IMG/VR virus record: IMGVR_UViG_2898615884_000001
Location: 1 to 64,000 of that record
Source of the DNA: a virus
Lineage: Duplodnaviria; Caudoviricetes
DNA length: 64,000 bases
Direction: 5' to 3' (one strand)
The position numbers and the translations under genes were made by a program. The notes under the pieces were generated by a model that saw only the letters and a program-made list of their open reading frames with translations, did no database searches and was not told the DNA's origin. Of this stretch, positions 1-7,604 are shown one piece after another; positions within the stretch are counted from its first letter, which is position 1; every line of letters starts with the position of its first letter.

Positions 1-249
1 GTGACGACACCGGTCGACCTCAGCCCGCAGTTAGCAGGACTCCGCGCCGAGTTCCCCGACGTGATGATCTTCTACACCCAGCCCCCGGAAACCAGGCCCG
101 TCTGGTGGGCGACTCGCGGCGGCGTGACCGGTCACCGCATGGACGAAGGCGACGGGTTCACAGCCAGCTCGGCCGACGAACTGCGCGAGTTGCTCCGGGC
201 CGCGGCCAAGGGCCACGCCAACCGCGGGAGCAGCAGCGCGCGTCGATGA
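1..249 (+). CDS. Hypothetical protein (may be truncated at the window edge)
   Basis: 82-aa ORF with plausible composition, followed by an inverted repeat at 253-295. Confidence 0.5.
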   Translation: MTTPVDLSPQLAGLRAEFPDVMIFYTQPPETRPVWWATRGGVTGHRMDEGDGFTASSADELRELLRAAAKGHANRGSSSARR

Positions 250-459
250 CGTGGGTGCGGCGGTCGTTGATGCGCGGCAGCAGGCCGCCGCACCCGCCCG
301 CCGGGCGGTAAACCGGCTAGGGCTCGGGCGAGACGGGCGAGCGGGGCGAGAGGTGCGAGAACGTCCATGGGTGGGACGGTAGGCGTGTGCCTGGTCGGGC
401 GGGAGTAGAGCGGCGTTCTGGGGATAACTGCGCGATCTTGGCGGGATGCGGCCACCCGC

Positions 460-496
460 TTGAGATGTATCGATCGATACGCGTATCGTTCGATAC
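460..496 (+). promoter_or_regulatory. Probable leaderless promoter overlapped by two tandem 14-bp operators GTATCGNNCGATAC
   Basis: GTATCGATCGATAC at 467-480 (perfect palindrome) and GTATCGTTCGATAC at 483-496; TTGAGA at 460-465 and TATCGT at 484-489; GTG start at 497 with no RBS. Confidence 0.7.
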
Positions 497-1213
497 GTGA
501 GAAACGAAGAGACCATCGCCGCCATCTCCACCAAGATCGCCACCCACCTCAGCGAGATGACCGGCACCCACGTCCCCGTCGTTACCATCACCGACATCGA
601 GCACACCCTCGCCGGCGGCGACCCCGGCACCTTCAGCGAACTCATCCCCTTCATGCCCTACACCCGCGCGCTCCCCACCCTCGACCCCTTCGCCGGACCC
701 GGCTCCATCCAGGACATCATCAACCGCCTCGGCATGTACGCCGTCGCCTCCGCCTGCCCCCTGGAGCGCATCGAACCCGTATGGCCCAACGAACAGGGCC
801 TCACCCCCGAGGAGATCGCCGAACTCCGGGAGGAAGAGCACCTGGAGTACATCCCACGCGAGTTCTGGCCGACCGCACAGGACGGCACCCCCCGCACCCA
901 GGCCGCCATGCAGGCCGCCGACACCGAGCTGCAGGTCGCCTACGACTTCGAACCCGATGAGTGGGCGCCTGGGCGCACCTACCAACTCCAGCACCGGGCC
1001 GAGCTCGCCGCCCGCTACCTGCCCCCCGACTTCGTCCCCCAGGGGGAAGGCGCGGAAGCCGACGCCGAGCGGGAACTCGCGGCCTGGGGCGCGATGCGCG
1101 CCGCCCGCGACGAGATCGTCCGCCGCGCCCGCGCCGCCGGCGTCACCAAGACCCGCATCCACGAGATCACCGGCATCTCCCGGGCAACCCTGGACCGCAT
1201 CCCCGGCGTCTGA
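497..1213 (+). CDS. Hypothetical protein with C-terminal helix-turn-helix
   Basis: C-terminus RDEIVRRARAAGVTKTRIHEITGISRATLDRI is HTH-like. Confidence 0.8.
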   Translation: MRNEETIAAISTKIATHLSEMTGTHVPVVTITDIEHTLAGGDPGTFSELIPFMPYTRALPTLDPFAGPGSIQDIINRLGMYAVASACPLERIEPVWPNEQGLTPEEIAELREEEHLEYIPREFWPTAQDGTPRTQAAMQAADTELQVAYDFEPDEWAPGRTYQLQHRAELAARYLPPDFVPQGEGAEADAERELAAWGAMRAARDEIVRRARAAGVTKTRIHEITGISRATLDRIPGV

Positions 1214-1223
1214 CCCCGCGCCC

Positions 1224-1246
1224 TCATCGCCCCTGCGAGGGGTCTC
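1224..1246. repeat. Copy 1 of a 23-bp direct repeat TCATCGCCCCT-N3-AGGGGTCTC
   Basis: 20/23 identical to 2243-2265; lies just after a stop codon. Confidence 0.75.
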
Positions 1247-1293
1247 GTCCATCAGTCCCTATCAGTGGACGCCAACGGAGAGGATCGACCCCC

Positions 1294-1635
1294 ATGCAGT
1301 TGATCAACCTCACCCCCCACCCCCTCACCCTCATCGGGCAGGACGACACCGTCCTGCTCAACCAGGCACCGGACGGCCCCATGGCCCGCTGCATCGAGGA
1401 TCGCCGCGAGATCGGCGCCGTCACCCTGCCCGGTGGTGGGACGGTGCCGCTGCGCAGCGTCGGATTCGGCGCCGTCACCGGCCTCCCCGAGCCGCGCGAC
1501 GGCGTCCTGCTCGTCGTGTCCCGAGCCACAGCAGAGGCCGCCGCCGGACGGTCCGACATCGTCTATCCCGACGAGCAGGTCCGGGACCAGGACGGCCGCA
1601 TCATCGGCTGCCGCGCGCTCGCCCGCGCACACTGA
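1294..1635 (+). CDS. Conserved phage-type hypothetical protein (NLTPH...GLPEP...VRD..GRIIGC pattern)
   Basis: RBS GGAGAGGA before ATG 1294; recognisable motif pattern. Confidence 0.8.
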   Translation: MQLINLTPHPLTLIGQDDTVLLNQAPDGPMARCIEDRREIGAVTLPGGGTVPLRSVGFGAVTGLPEPRDGVLLVVSRATAEAAAGRSDIVYPDEQVRDQDGRIIGCRALARAH

Positions 1636-1642
1636 CCAGCAG

Positions 1643-1683
1643 CGGTCGGGTCCCGCTCATCCGAACTGAGCGGGCCCCGACCG
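1643..1683 (+). terminator. GC-rich hairpin, terminator or processing site
   Basis: 17-bp arms with one mismatch and a 7-nt loop, directly after the stop codon. Confidence 0.55.
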
Positions 1684-1719
1684 CCCCGCCATCACACCAC
1701 ACCGAAAGGAACCCCACCG

Positions 1720-1944
1720 ATGCACCACCACAAGCAGATCGACCTGGAAGACCACCCGACCCCAGCATGGGCGACCGCGGCGATCGTCGCCGCCCTGGTC
1801 GCCCCGATCATCCCCCTGATTCTCCTGATGGCGGCAGCGGTCCTGTGGATCGAGACCGGTTCGCCCTGGGCGGGCCCGACCACGATCAGCGTCATGGCCC
1901 TGGGGGTCGCCGCCGCATGGATCTACTGCATCAAGCGCTCATGA
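1720..1944 (+). CDS. Small membrane protein (about 2 TM helices)
   Basis: RBS GAAAGGA; two hydrophobic stretches. Confidence 0.7.
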   Translation: MHHHKQIDLEDHPTPAWATAAIVAALVAPIIPLILLMAAAVLWIETGSPWAGPTTISVMALGVAAAWIYCIKRS

Positions 1945-2222
1945 CCCGGGCGTTCGTGCCCGCCGGCACACAGCTCCAGCCCGGCGCCCCATGGGTCGCA
2001 GGGACCATGTACAAGCTTGAACTGGAGCAGGACGGGCGCGTGTCCTGGGTCCTCTGGGAAGACGGCCACGACTGCGGCGGGAACACCTACGAAGACCGCG
2101 GCCAAGAGGTACTCGACCGCGAAGCCCAGCGTTTCCTGGACCAGGGGTGGCTGGAGATCTGCTCCTGCGGCCGCGCACCGTCTGGGGAGCTCGTGCATCT
2201 CCGCCCCCGCGACTGCTCGTAG
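1941..2222 (+). CDS. Hypothetical protein
   Basis: ATGA overlap with the upstream gene; starts MTRAFVPAG. Confidence 0.65.
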   Translation: MTRAFVPAGTQLQPGAPWVAGTMYKLELEQDGRVSWVLWEDGHDCGGNTYEDRGQEVLDREAQRFLDQGWLEICSCGRAPSGELVHLRPRDCS

Positions 2223-2242
2223 CCCCTGCTACTGCCGCATCT

Positions 2243-2265
2243 TCATCGCCCCTCCAAGGGGTCTC
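2243..2265. repeat. Copy 2 of the 23-bp direct repeat TCATCGCCCCT-N3-AGGGGTCTC
   Basis: Matches 1224-1246. Confidence 0.75.
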
Positions 2266-2324
2266 CTGCTCACCCGGCGAGGACCACGCCAGGCGCTCCG
2301 AGGCACCGTGTCTACGATGATCAC

Positions 2325-2615
2325 GTGAGTGACCTCGACATACCTTCCGACCTCGTCCAAGCCAAGACCGATTTCCTTCGCGCCGAGACCCGCCTCGCCG
2401 ACCTCAGCCGCGAGCAGCCACCCTCCACCCAGATCGCCGCCGGCGCCGCCCAGGTCACCGACGAGCAGCAGGCGACGTGGGACGAGACCTGGGCGTGGCT
2501 CCAGGCGCTCACAGCCGAGATCCAAGGGCACCCGTGGTGGGCCGGAGTGGATGACGTCCCGGAGGCGCGGGCGGCGCTGATGGTGGCGGCGAAGGAGCGG
2601 GTCGCGCAGAGCTGA
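2325..2615 (+). CDS. Small helical hypothetical protein
   Basis: 96-aa ORF, acidic and helical, ending HPWW...ARAALMVAAK. Confidence 0.7.
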   Translation: MSDLDIPSDLVQAKTDFLRAETRLADLSREQPPSTQIAAGAAQVTDEQQATWDETWAWLQALTAEIQGHPWWAGVDDVPEARAALMVAAKERVAQS

Positions 2616-2697
2616 GCCTGGAGACGACGAGCCACCCTGTTCGCTCCGGCCTGACGACGGCTGCTGGCGCTCACGGTGACCCGATCGAGCCATTCTC

Positions 2698-2726
2698 TTG
2701 CAACTTCGTTATGCACGTTGCATAGT
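2698..2726 (+). promoter_or_regulatory. AT-rich putative promoter with inverted repeat TGCAAC-N12-GTTGCA
   Basis: TTGCAA at 2698-2703, CATAGT 17 nt downstream; IR arms at 2699-2704 and 2717-2722. Confidence 0.5.
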
Positions 2727-2781
2727 AATGGCGTCAGGCCAACAGAGGAGCCCCACCCTCACCCGAAAGGCGGATTGCGGC

Positions 2782-3141
2782 ATGATCGACCTGGACACCT
2801 CCTACACCTGGACCGAGGCCGACGGGCACCAGACCACCGTCACCCCCAAGGTCACCGACCGCACCGGCGCCAAAGGTCGCGTCGTGTCCGTCCGGGGCCT
2901 GGCGCCGCTGCTGGCCGACCGCATCGACGCCATCACCGACCCCGGTGAACGCGGCCACACCCTCACCGTCCTGTCCGGCGCCGTCATCGCCCTACGCGCG
3001 GAGCCCAAGGAGTTCCCCGGCGGCGTTCCGACCCACACCCGCATGGACGGCAAGGTCGCCACCACCTACGTCGGCACGCCCGCGCTGCCTGCCGACGTCG
3101 TCCTCGACCTCGCCGAGCAGCTCCACACCCAGCTCATCTGA
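2782..3141 (+). CDS. Hypothetical protein
   Basis: RBS GAAAGG before ATG 2782 (MIDLDTSY). Confidence 0.7.
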   Translation: MIDLDTSYTWTEADGHQTTVTPKVTDRTGAKGRVVSVRGLAPLLADRIDAITDPGERGHTLTVLSGAVIALRAEPKEFPGGVPTHTRMDGKVATTYVGTPALPADVVLDLAEQLHTQLI

Positions 3142-3170
3142 CCCTGCACATCCACCCGGGGAGCCCGCCA

Positions 3171-3611
3171 ATGACCACGCAGAGCACCGATGTTCAGACG
3201 CTGGCCGCCCGTGTCGCGGACGCCATCGACGGCTACACCGGCCCCGTCAGCACCACCGTGTACTGGCGCCCGTCCACCCTCAGCGACGACTACTCCGACG
3301 AGTGCGCCCCGCGCCGGACCGTCCCGGAAAGCGACGTCCGGGAGGCCATGGCCCGGATCGCGCAGGTGCTGCGTGACTACCCGGACCGCTGGGGCGCGTG
3401 GTATCCGACCTTCGCCGACGTGGAGGCGCTCCGCAACGCCGACCTGCTGGTCAGTCCCGACTGGTACGTGTACGCCACACCTGTCCCCGGGCAGCCGCTC
3501 GCGAAGGTCATCTGGTGGACCGGCGAGGCGATCGACCAGGAGCGGCGCGACCGTGACCCCTCGACCGCGATCGCGCAAGCGGTCGCCGCGCTGGCGGAGC
3601 TGGTCGCCTGA
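3171..3611 (+). CDS. Hypothetical protein
   Basis: 146-aa ORF; TGATG coupling to the next gene. Confidence 0.7.
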   Translation: MTTQSTDVQTLAARVADAIDGYTGPVSTTVYWRPSTLSDDYSDECAPRRTVPESDVREAMARIAQVLRDYPDRWGAWYPTFADVEALRNADLLVSPDWYVYATPVPGQPLAKVIWWTGEAIDQERRDRDPSTAIAQAVAALAELVA

Positions 3612-4228
3612 TGGCGAAGGTGACGATCGGGCTGCGCATCGGCCGCAACCGTGACGGTAAGGGGGTCGTCCCGCCCCGGGACACCGTCGAGCTGGACCGG
3701 CTCTCTCCTCGCGCCCGCGCTCTCGCGCAGGCGATCGCCGCGTCCCCGGGCGCCGGTGCCGGGGTGATCTGGCTGGAGTCCACCCGGCCCCGCGGCGAGA
3801 TGTACACCAGCGGGGAGGAACACGCCGTCTACGGCGACCCCGCACGCGACGGTCAGCCCGTCCGGCGCGAATGGGGCGCATGGGATCGCTTCTACGCCGA
3901 TTCACCCGAGGACGCCTACGGGTATCTGGAACGGCAGGCCGCGAAGATCCCTGCGGATTGGGAGATCATCGGCCCGGACCCGCATGAGCGGGTCACCGAG
4001 CACGAGCAGCCGGTAGAGGAGTGGCGTGCCTCGGACGTCGCTGAGCATATGGGGATCGCGCTGCCCTCGGTCCGGCCGACACTGCGGCGGCTGGGCGTGC
4101 GCCCATACCGGCACGAGCCCGCGCCCGGCGGCGGTGTGCGGGCGGTGTACTCAGCCGCGGCCGTCCGCGCCGCCCATGCCAACCGCCCCGGACGGGGCGC
4201 CCGTACCGACCTCAAGGGGCACAACTGA
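3611..4228 (+). CDS. Protein with C-terminal AlpA/Xis-like HTH ending RPGRGARTDL
   Basis: WRASDVAEHMGIALPSVR...RPGRGARTDL. Confidence 0.8.
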   Translation: MAKVTIGLRIGRNRDGKGVVPPRDTVELDRLSPRARALAQAIAASPGAGAGVIWLESTRPRGEMYTSGEEHAVYGDPARDGQPVRREWGAWDRFYADSPEDAYGYLERQAAKIPADWEIIGPDPHERVTEHEQPVEEWRASDVAEHMGIALPSVRPTLRRLGVRPYRHEPAPGGGVRAVYSAAAVRAAHANRPGRGARTDLKGHN

Positions 4229-4668
4229 TGACCGACCCGATCGAAGGGGAATTCGGCGCGCTCATCCTGTCCGGATGGATCGCTGACGCGCCGGACACCG
4301 GAAGAGACGCCGCCTTCCTGCTCGCTGCCGTCTCCGACGACCGTGCGGCAGTGACGATGCCGATCGTCGCTGAGGCGTTCGGGCTATCGTCGCAGGCCGG
4401 ATCCATGACGTCCCGCCCGTCCGGGGACGGACGTGTGGAGCTGACGAGCGATGGGTGGGCGTACCTGCGTGCCGGTGACGCCGTCTACCAGCGGCCTGTG
4501 TCGAGCGAGTGGGCGGATGTCGCCCGGGTGGATGGACGGGTCGTCCTGGTGGTGGCGTTCCGGCCGTTGCCCGCTGGCGCGCCGGTGGAGCCGTTCGTGG
4601 ATCGGATCACGGCTCAGGGCGTGTTCGCGCTAGGACTGCTGCCCGTCGCCTGCACCGACCTGCATTGA
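4228..4668 (+). CDS. Hypothetical protein
   Basis: TGATG coupling; 146 aa. Confidence 0.7.
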   Translation: MTDPIEGEFGALILSGWIADAPDTGRDAAFLLAAVSDDRAAVTMPIVAEAFGLSSQAGSMTSRPSGDGRVELTSDGWAYLRAGDAVYQRPVSSEWADVARVDGRVVLVVAFRPLPAGAPVEPFVDRITAQGVFALGLLPVACTDLH

Positions 4669-4724
4669 GCCGCCCGCGCGTGTGAAGCAGACGATCTAGA
4701 TCCTTTCGGCATGAGTCGCAGACT

Positions 4725-4743
4725 TTACAGTCTCAGACTGTAA
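4725..4743. promoter_or_regulatory. Operator-like perfect inverted repeat TTACAGTCT-C-AGACTGTAA
   Basis: 9-bp arms with 1-nt spacer in an AT-rich patch 31 bp upstream of an HTH gene. Confidence 0.65.
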
Positions 4744-4774
4744 GGTTGGAGGTGTCAGCGAGAGGGAGAACACC

Positions 4775-5602
4775 ATGAACACCACCGCCGCCGCCCAGCA
4801 GGCCGGAGTCACCACCGCGACCATCCGCGCCTGGTGCCGCCGCAACGTCATCGCCGCGCTCAAGGTCACCGGCCGGTGGGTCATCGACGCCGCCTCCCTC
4901 GCCCACCGCATCCAGATCGGAAGGACCCACGTGGCCGACCGCTACACCGTCCAGACCGTCGACAAGGAGCACCTCGGCCGAGTCGCCACGTTCCACCGAG
5001 TCGTCCGCACCGACGGCACCGAGCCCGGCTGGCGAGGCGACGCGCGCCTGATCGACCACATCTACGCAGACCGCGCCCGCGCCGAAGCCGTCGCCGAGTT
5101 CCTCAACCGCACCCCCGACTGCTACCGGCTCGAACTCCGCCAGGCCGGCCGGACCTTCTCCTCCTCCGGCGGCTGGCGGTGGGTGGTCACCGGCGGCCGC
5201 GACGGCGACCCCCACCGCGTCAGCGCGAGGATCGACGTGGGCTGGCAGCCGCCCGCCACCAGCTCGTCCACGACCGCGATCGGCCACGTCATCGGGCTCA
5301 CTCTCACCCACGACAAGGGCGCCGAGAAGCGGATCGCCGAGCACGCCGAGAAGCAGGCCATCGCCGCCGCCGAACAGGAGGTCCGCCAGGCCCGCGAGGC
5401 GCAGCTCGCCGAACTCCGCCGCCAGAAGGGGCAGCTCGCCACCCCGCGGCAGGTCGACTACATCCTCGACCTGCTGGAGCAGCGCCGGATCAGCGGCGAG
5501 GGCGGCGGGTTCTACCTCGGCCCGGCCGACCGTGCCGCGATCGAGGAGATGTCCAAGAACGAGGCCAGCGTGTACATCACCAGCCTCAAAGGCGAGTACT
5601 GA
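4775..5602 (+). CDS. Protein with N-terminal excisionase/MerR-like HTH
   Basis: MNTTAAAQQAGVTTATIRAWCRRNVIAALKVTGRWVID; RBS GAGGGAG. Confidence 0.8.
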   Translation: MNTTAAAQQAGVTTATIRAWCRRNVIAALKVTGRWVIDAASLAHRIQIGRTHVADRYTVQTVDKEHLGRVATFHRVVRTDGTEPGWRGDARLIDHIYADRARAEAVAEFLNRTPDCYRLELRQAGRTFSSSGGWRWVVTGGRDGDPHRVSARIDVGWQPPATSSSTTAIGHVIGLTLTHDKGAEKRIAEHAEKQAIAAAEQEVRQAREAQLAELRRQKGQLATPRQVDYILDLLEQRRISGEGGGFYLGPADRAAIEEMSKNEASVYITSLKGEY

Positions 5603-5617
5603 CCAGCCGCACACTGC

Positions 5618-5654
5618 GAGCGGCCCCGCTCAATCGTGGTGAGCGGGGCCGCTC
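5618..5654 (+). terminator. Perfect 15-bp-arm hairpin
   Basis: GAGCGGCCCCGCTCA-N7-TGAGCGGGGCCGCTC. Confidence 0.6.
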
Positions 5655-5678
5655 GCCCAGCCTACGAGAGAGCAAGCG

Positions 5679-6275
5679 ATGAGTGAGGAATGGACCGCGC
5701 AGCAGTGCGCGACCGAGTGGGGCGTCCAGCTCAAGACGTGGCACAGCTATGTCGCCCGTGGGCAGGCGCCCGGGTCGGCCCGGCACTCGGGTCGGACGCC
5801 GCTGTGGGAAGCCGAGACCGTGCGGGCCTGGCCGCGGCCTGGGCAGGGCGCCCGCAACGACCTGAACATGCCCGACGAGCTGCCGGTCCTGTACGAGACC
5901 ACCGTCGGAACCCGAGGCGACATGTCAGGGTCGACCTCGCCGCTGCCCCGCTACTGGCACGTCTCAGTCGCAGACCGGGCCGCGCGCGGCGACACCTACC
6001 TTGAGGTGATGCGACCCGACGGGCAAACGGTGGCGTGCGTCGCCTGGCATGAGCGGCTGAATGAGGGCAGCGACGAGCTCGCGGAGGCCGTCGCGTGGAT
6101 CACCGGTGCGGCGCGCAAGGTATGGGCTGCCGGAGCGAAGCTCGCCCAGGGGACTCCGCCGGCGGTGCTGTGGGCGGACGTCGCCGACGCGTGGGAGTTC
6201 GCGGGAAGGAATGCCTACTTCGCGTGGGCGAAGGAGATCGTGGCGTCCGGCGTCACGAGGACCGCCTACCTGTAG
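5679..6275 (+). CDS. AlpA/Xis-like HTH (RPGQGARNDL) fused to an unknown C-terminal domain
   Basis: WTAQQCATEWGVQLKTWHSYVARGQAP...TPLW...RPGQGARNDL, then about 135 further residues. Confidence 0.75.
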   Translation: MSEEWTAQQCATEWGVQLKTWHSYVARGQAPGSARHSGRTPLWEAETVRAWPRPGQGARNDLNMPDELPVLYETTVGTRGDMSGSTSPLPRYWHVSVADRAARGDTYLEVMRPDGQTVACVAWHERLNEGSDELAEAVAWITGAARKVWAAGAKLAQGTPPAVLWADVADAWEFAGRNAYFAWAKEIVASGVTRTAYL

Positions 6276-6317
6276 CGACAAGGGGCCGCGACGTCGCCCG
6301 CACTGGACGCGACGAAT

Positions 6318-6349
6318 GCCCGCCCTCCCGTCAGAGCGAGAGGGCGGGC
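6318..6349 (+). terminator. Hairpin after gene 5679-6275
   Basis: GCCCGCCCTC-N12-GAGGGCGGGC. Confidence 0.45.
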
Positions 6350-6372
6350 CACGTTCGCGCAGGTCATAACAT

Positions 6373-6597
6373 GTGCGCGTGAAATGGCGAGGGCCCGACG
6401 GGTGGGACATAGAGCTGATCAGCCTTGATCACGTACCGACCTTCCGGTGTCGACGCCATCGCATCCTCGTGGTCTACGCCCGCACCGTCACCGCCCTCGA
6501 AGCCGCGCTCGCGACCACGGGCCACACCACCGCCGACCTCGTACGAGAACTCCCCGCCCAGGCGAGAAGCGCAAGCAAGTCCATGTCTGGACGGTAG
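6373..6597 (+). CDS. Small hypothetical protein
   Basis: 74 aa (WRGPDGWDIELISLD...); TAACAT just upstream suggests a leaderless start at 6379. Confidence 0.5.
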   Translation: MRVKWRGPDGWDIELISLDHVPTFRCRRHRILVVYARTVTALEAALATTGHTTADLVRELPAQARSASKSMSGR

Positions 6598-6756
6598 GCG
6601 GGCGTCTAGTCGGGCGGGAGCAGAGCGACGTTGCTTGATGACCGGACAGTGCCCGAACAGCGAACGACGAGACATTAAGAGTTATTCGCAGCGATCGCGG
6701 CCTATTTGCTCGTTATCAGAGGCGGCGGTACGGCACACCCCGGCGAGCACGACGAA

Positions 6757-6790
6757 AGCGGCCCGCCCTCCCGAAGGAGGACGGGCCGCT
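6757..6790 (-). terminator. Intrinsic terminator ending the late (lysis) operon
   Basis: Minus strand: 15-bp stem with one G-U pair, cUUCGg tetraloop, followed by TTC; sits between convergent genes. Confidence 0.8.
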
Positions 6791-6812
6791 CGTGGCTGGA
6801 GAGGAACAGCCA

Positions 6813-7100
6813 CTACCCCCTGGGCGGCTCCACCCGCCCCGGGATCACCTTCACCGGATACACCGGCGCCTTCGAAACCCCGAGCGCAACCAGCACGCTC
6901 CCGAGCTGGGGGAACGCCTTCTCCACCGCGCGCGCCAACGCATACCAGGCGGCGATCATCAGCGCGGTCGCGACGAGCATCGCGCCCTTGCCGGTGTCCT
7001 CGTCGACCACGATGCCCGCCTTGGCGGCGAGCCAGGTCAGGACGGCGCCGACACCGACCGGGACCCACGTGCGGATCAGACTCACGATGTAGTCGGACAT
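6813..7100 (-). CDS. Holin (actinophage type)
   Basis: IRTWVPVGVGAVLTWLA...WYALARAVEKAFPQLG, 2 TM helices; RBS AGGAGG before ATG 7100; end of lysis region. Confidence 0.75.
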   Translation of the reverse strand: MSDYIVSLIRTWVPVGVGAVLTWLAAKAGIVVDEDTGKGAMLVATALMIAAWYALARAVEKAFPQLGSVLVALGVSKAPVYPVKVIPGRVEPPRG

Positions 7101-7352
7101 GCGACCTCCTTCGGGCCACCGGGTAGCCCCCGCCACCCACATCAGTTGGACTCAGCCCTACGCGGGTTGAGGTTGAGGCGCCCTAATCCAACGTCGGCAT
7201 GCTGATCGTTGGACTCCTCGCGCCCCTGAACAATTGCTTGATGGACGGCCGCGAGTTATGCCGAGTTATGAGGGAACTCGCAGGTCAGACATTTGATGGT
7301 TGGTTGATCGGTGGGTGATGTCCTCTGACGCCATGCGATCTCCTCCCGGCGC

Positions 7353-7580
7353 TCAGTCGGCCGACTGGGCGACGCCGGTGAAATGGCCGGACGCGGTGAT
7401 GACGTCGCCCTCCTTCAGCACCGTCTCGGCCTCGTCCAGGACGACCCTCAGCTCCATCGAGCGGACCTTGCCCTCGGTGTTCGCCGTGATGTCGGCGGTC
7501 TCGGCGGTCGCGCGGACCTCGGTCGTCGCCGGGTCCGGGTGGCTGATCTCGGCCACCTTGAACGTTGCGCTGTACGTCAT
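7353..7580 (-). CDS. Small acidic hypothetical protein
   Basis: RBS AGGAG before ATG 7580. Confidence 0.65.
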   Translation of the reverse strand: MTYSATFKVAEISHPDPATTEVRATAETADITANTEGKVRSMELRVVLDEAETVLKEGDVITASGHFTGVAQSAD

Positions 7581-7604
7581 GCTCACTCCTCGCTGGTTGT
7601 GTGG

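Noticed and set aside
317-1252. 311-aa minus-strand ORF
   Set aside because: Antisense shadow of 497-1213, which has the promoter, operators and HTH motif
7266-7334. 22-aa ORF MASEDITHRSTNHQMSDLRVPS as a confident CDS
   Set aside because: Has an RBS but is too short and unsupported; mentioned only within the intergenic finding
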